From Octopus sinensis (Eukaryota), in NCBI RefSeq assembly GCF_006345805.1, contig NC_043018.1, positions 17,360,001-17,424,000 on the forward strand: DNA of 64,000 nucleotides, in the 5' to 3' direction. Position 1 is the stretch's first letter, and each line of letters begins with the position of its first letter. Both the position numbers and the translations under genes were made by a program. Of the stretch, positions 58,837 to 64,000 are shown piece after piece. The notes beneath the pieces are model-generated. The model did no database searches, was not told the DNA's origin, and saw only the letters and a list, made by a program, of their open reading frames with translations.

Positions 58837-61483
58837 TTTAATACACCGAATTCTGTGAAAGTTTTATTTCATTAAATTATCGTAAATATTTAATCTCTTC
58901 ATATTTATATTATTATGGTTATATCCTGATATCCCATGCCAACCATAGTAGCTTCCCTTCGTTTCTGTTTTTAGTATGAATGGTATAAAGAAAAAACGCT
59001 GCATAAGAACGTCAGTCATCAGGTGAGAATTTGCGCTATGATCAATTTAACGGGTCAGCTGCGCAGAACTGCTCCAGTTAAACACCTTTAGATATTCATA
59101 AGTCTTACAATAGAAGACAATAAAGATTTTTTTTTCTGAAAACTAGAATCAATCCTTAAGTGACGTACATCTGATTCTCTCCGTTATCCATGTGCATGTT
59201 TTAGCTTCGCAGCAGTGAGAATACAATTCTTTAAATACAATTGTGTCGTCTTTTAGCTATGCTATACTGCCTCAAGATTACTCTACACATTGCCGCCCTC
59301 ATGAATGCTACATTTAATGCTTTCGCAATAATTCATTAGGGTGGATTCCCGTAGATAAACACCAAATTACTGGTATCAGTTCGCACCATTTTTATTATTT
59401 TATTCTTTTGGACCCAGAAAAACGATGTTCTACTTGAAAACAACAACAACATTATAACATAAAATGCTTTGCATAAAGCAATTTTCTATTCTTTAGGAAT
59501 TTAAATTAAGACAGACTCAACTTGACTATTAACTCCGCTGGAAACTACAAAAATCTATAAAAGTGATATCGATATTCAATATCATCGAATTCTGTATGGT
59601 AATGTGCAAAGCTCATTATTATAGGTTCCTTTGTGATCAGTGTAGAATACTACACACATTATTTGTATGTTCCGTGCAACTGCTGTTGCACATTTATGCT
59701 TCTCTTCCTGATTTAGTCTTCATAATTGTAAAGAGATCAGTTGACAAACTATTCAAAGAAATGTGTTAAGAATGTAACCGGGACTAACTTTTAGCTTCAA
59801 GAGACAAAATACAAGCATCTACTTGGTCGCTGAAACTTAGGTTGCTATGCCAGGCAAATCACTCTGAAATATCTACATGGTGTTTTAAATAAGATCTCAT
59901 ATTGGGTATTGTTGTAGAAGACCTCAGACAAAGGCAGGACGTTCGTAGTCGGGAAGTCTCTGAAAACAGAGCTCTTCCGTCAGTATTGACTTGCCTTCAG
60001 TTTAAAGACTTTAATGTTGAATGGATGGGAAACAGTAATGCTTAAGAAATATTTCGTAATAGAATGCTGCGCCCCTGTGGGGTTGTTTGTGCCTAATACT
60101 CTATCACAGCACACCGCAAAGCCAGAATAGCGTCAGAGTATTTTTGCCATGTTAAGCACATCTGCTGGGTCTCGCATTCTTGTAATGAAATACCAATTCC
60201 ATTTTAAAAAAGTTACATCTCGTAACATTTCATGAAATAAATATAAATTGGATATGTTGCTGTAAAAGATTAATTTCAGCAGATTTGATCGATTCTTTGA
60301 TTTATTTGTTAATTTGTTGAATATATAAATATATCAACTCTTAATTTATTAACGGGATGGAGGAATAAACGTTTAGATGAAAAGTTGATGAGAGGATGAA
60401 AGCGCCGTACCACAGCAGCCGCTCAAATATATTCTAGTAGCTTTTTTTTTTTTTTTTTTTACTTTTCATCGATCTGATTCTTTACTCTCTCAAACAAAAA
60501 CGTTGCTACACCGACTCCAAATATATATCTTACAAGTCACTGGTATCAGTCTCTGCATACTAAAATGCAATTAGTAATATTGCATGAGTTTACTAAGTTG
60601 TTATGACTTACTTTCAATAGTCATTTGTATATTTTTATATATATTTTTATACCAATATCTCTAAAGTTTTCTGTATAAACCTTACGCGAAAGCAATATTG
60701 TGAAACGTTCTTTTTAAGCCCAGAATGAATTTCCGTTCGAACGAAATACAAAGACCGCCCATAAAAATGATGAATGTAACAATAATAAAATAAAAATTGA
60801 AAGAAAACCAAAATAAATTCTCTTCAAAACCATAGAAAGAAAATAAGGAAAAAAATCATTCATATTACAGGTTTCAAAATTGAATATCGTAAGTAATTAA
60901 GTCACTTTTGAACCTATCGCTATTTGGTTTAAGCTAAACAGGGTTTATTATCATTAAATAAACGCCGGACATTTGCTATTAAGTCTTTGAAGTAAGTTAA
61001 TAGGTTTGTCAAAAGAGAAAGCGTTGTTTAAAAATAAGTACCTCCTGTATATAATTAAGGATAAGTTTCAGGTCAGTGTTAAATAATTCAAATCACGTAG
61101 CAACGTTCCGAGTAATTGAACCTGCAATCATGTCGCGTCTTTCGTGTGATTTCATGTGCGTCTCTGTTCGTAGAGATAAGAGTGCGCACACACAAACACA
61201 CATATATATTTGCGAAAGTGTGTACATACACATTTCAATATAATTATATTGAACTTTATGGGAAATATTTCATCTAAGACATGCAAATTTACGTTAGGTA
61301 TATGAGTATAGCAATATATATATATATATATATATATATGCGTTTGTGTGTGTATGTGTATCTGTGTGTGCGTGTGAGTGTTTCTATGCGTATATGTATG
61401 TATATATATTTCTATACATGTAAGTAGGTGTGCACACCTTCAAATATACACTCGTATACACACACGCACATATATATGTATAA

Positions 61484-61533
<50 letters not shown>

Positions 61534-62217
61534 ATGTGTGTGTGTGTGTGTGTACATATATATGCGTGTGTATATATACGCAAATATAAAAATATGTGAT
61601 TGCCTCTGTATGTGTGCCTGTGTGTGTTCAAACCGCAGTTCACAACGGTTCTGGATAAATTCTAATCCAATAATAATTCTTACTAAACCTACAAGTTAAT
61701 CGTTACTGTTACTGCACAGCATGATGTGTTTCTGCGAGTGCTGTTCATATAAGGTCGATCAGATTAAATTCTTGCCTCCTTTGATCTTCAGATGAAGAAA
61801 ATACCCATCTCGAGTCCACAGAAAAATCAAAGCTTTACTTATTTATGGTCTAATATGTGTGATAATTTTCTCATGATTTGTTCCAGGCAATGACGCTGTG
61901 GTGTTCGAGTGGATCAAGAAGACTATCGTTCAATATTAATCTAATACAGGAAAAAAGTTTGTGATAAATGGTGAGAAAAAGCGTCCAACAGATGAAGAGA
62001 GATGGATGAAATCTCTGCTGTACTCTAATCAAAGTTTTAATAACTATATTAAAGAATATTCTTGATGTAATGATTATCTCTCTGCCTCGGAAGATGCGGT
62101 TATATTGTGAACTACCGTTGAATGCTAACCAATAGAAATATCACCAGGGCTGGATGACATTCTATAAGAAAGTTTTAGAGTGTCGTGTTAAACTATTGTT
62201 CAACTGCTAGTAAAATG

Positions 62218-62525
62218 CCGTGAAGACGCGTGGCTCAGTGGTTAGAGCGTCGAGCTTACGATAGTGAGGTTGTGAGCTCGAATCCCGGACCGGGTTGCAT
62301 GTTGTGTTCTTGAGCGTGGCACTTTATTTCACGTTGCTCCAGTTCACTCAGCTGTAGAAATGAGTTGCGACGTCACAGGTGCCAAGCTGTATCGGCCCTT
62401 GCCTTTCCCTTGGACAACATCGGTGACGTGGAGAGGGGAGGCCGGTATGCATGGGCGACTGCTGGTCTTCCATAAAACAACCTTGCCCAGACTTGTGCCT
62501 CAGTGTCTGACCGAAGCGGGTCACC
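62218..62525 (+). mobile_element. SINE family C2
   Basis: tRNA head, CORE-like middle, and the same 3' body as 13664-14003. Confidence 0.85.
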
Positions 62526-62689
62526 ACCAAAATACCGATACTCTGCAAGGCATGAGCGAGAATAATATTGTTATTCATCTTTGACAACAAACTGGAGAGA
62601 AGTGACTGTAACACCTAACTACAGTCGTTAACTTTTCAAAGCAGTGTTCGGGCAACTCTGAAGAGCGCCATTTTGCGAAACCTGCAAAA

Positions 62690-63205
62690 AAGTATTACAA
62701 ATGTAAGTCCTCTGTCTAAAATTACAAAGAAGGCTGGGATATTCTACATTCGGTACATGCAACAGAATTGAAAATATCGAAGATGAAGGTTAACGTCGCT
62801 GGGGGCCAGTCGGTTCGATCTACCCCACTACGCAACTGGTACTTAACTTATCGACCTCGAAAGGATGAAAGGCAAAGTCGACCTCGGCGGAATTCGAACT
62901 CAGAATGTAAAGACCGCTAAGCATTTCGCCCGGCGTGCTAACGTTTCTGCCAGCAACAAAGTATTACAAATATAAGGCTGGGATATTCTACTTTCGGTAC
63001 ATGCAACAGAATTAAAAATATCGAAGATGAAGGTGAACGTCGCTGGGGGCCAGTCGATTAGATCTACCCCACTACGCAACTGGTACTTAATTTATCGACC
63101 TCGAAAGGATGAAAGGCAAAGTCGACCTAGGCGGAATTCGAACTCAGAATGTAAAGACCGCTAAGCATTTCGCCCGGCGTGCTAATGTTTCTTCCAGCTC
63201 GCCAC
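62690..63205. repeat. ~242 bp tandem duplication containing a minus-strand SINE E fragment
   Basis: AAGGCTGGGATATTCTAC...GCCCGGCGTGCTAA at about 62730 and 62973. Confidence 0.9.
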
Positions 63206-63739
63206 CTTATCGGAAGAATATATTGTTGGTAGTGTTTCGTCTTCTACCTTTTTAGCGACGTTACTTGAAATACAGATGTTTGGATAGATAATTCCTTAAC
63301 CTTTTGGAGAATGAATCTATCTCGTTGATTACTTATTTGCTGCAACACCTGCGTGTGATTTATTATGGACTAAATCCTTTCTTTTTTTCTACCTAATTGT
63401 ATTCATTTACTTACGTCATTCCTGACTTTATTAAATGTATCATTTACTTACGCTTCGTCATCAAAATAATCTTCATCATCATCATTGTTATCAGCATCAA
63501 CAACATGAGCATTATCGTCGTCGTTGCTGTTCTTGTTGTTGGCATCATCACTATCGCACACATCACAAGCAGCATGAGTACCACCAATGGCCCCATCAAT
63601 GCCAGTTCTTCATTCAATATCGATTTGTATTTGTATCTCCAATAAGGTAACTACTGTAGAGGGTTTCGATGAGAAATGGTCGGAGTAGTGAAGATGCTAG
63701 ATCCATGAAAGTGATGATGACGGTGAGGGAGAAGGAGAG

Positions 63740-63781
63740 GAGAAGAAGAAGAAGAAGAAGAAGAAGAAGAAGGAGGAGGAG

Positions 63782-63813
<32 letters not shown>

Positions 63814-63965
63814 GAAGAAGAAGAAGAAGAAGAAGTAGAAGAAAGAAAAAGAAGTAGTAGAAAGAGAAGAAGAAGACGAAAGAGAGAAAGAAAGAAAAAG
63901 AAGAAGAAGAAGAAGAAGAGAAGAAGAAGAGAAGAAGAAGAAGAAGAAGAAGAAGAAGAAGAAGA
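63740..63965. repeat. (GAA)n microsatellite
   Basis: Directly visible. Confidence 0.97.
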
Positions 63966-64000
63966 ATGGATTTGCAAATGATAATAACATGCACTGATGA

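Noticed and set aside
62645-62700. CTGAAGA...GAAAC hammerhead-like core
   Set aside because: Stem II is only 2-3 bp and no stem I forms.

Overview
AT-rich eukaryotic DNA dominated by repeats. It is most likely from an octopus (inferred from the (TA)n/(CA)n microsatellite load and tRNA-Arg-headed SINEs resembling the octopus OR families; not verified by search). No intact protein-coding gene can be established, and most ORFs in the track are microsatellite or SINE artefacts. Supported content: about 30 tRNA-headed SINE copies or fragments from 5 or more families; decayed non-LTR retrotransposons (R4/Dong-like, HERO/NeSL-like, CR1/L2-like); two Penelope-like element remnants with GIY-YIG motifs; a Tc1-like transposase remnant; a non-autonomous Helitron; three clustered fold-back/MITE elements; and a SINE-bounded segmental duplication (27.6-41.1 kb). 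The most notable observation is a tRNA-headed SINE carrying a minimal Penelope-type hammerhead ribozyme (26205-26510, minus strand). Also notable are the uniform plus-strand orientation of all 11 tRNA-Arg-headed SINEs and a target-site-duplication record of SINE-SINE recombination. A few isolated candidate exons are listed at low confidence. Element boundaries were read by eye and are approximate unless a TSD or TIR is given.
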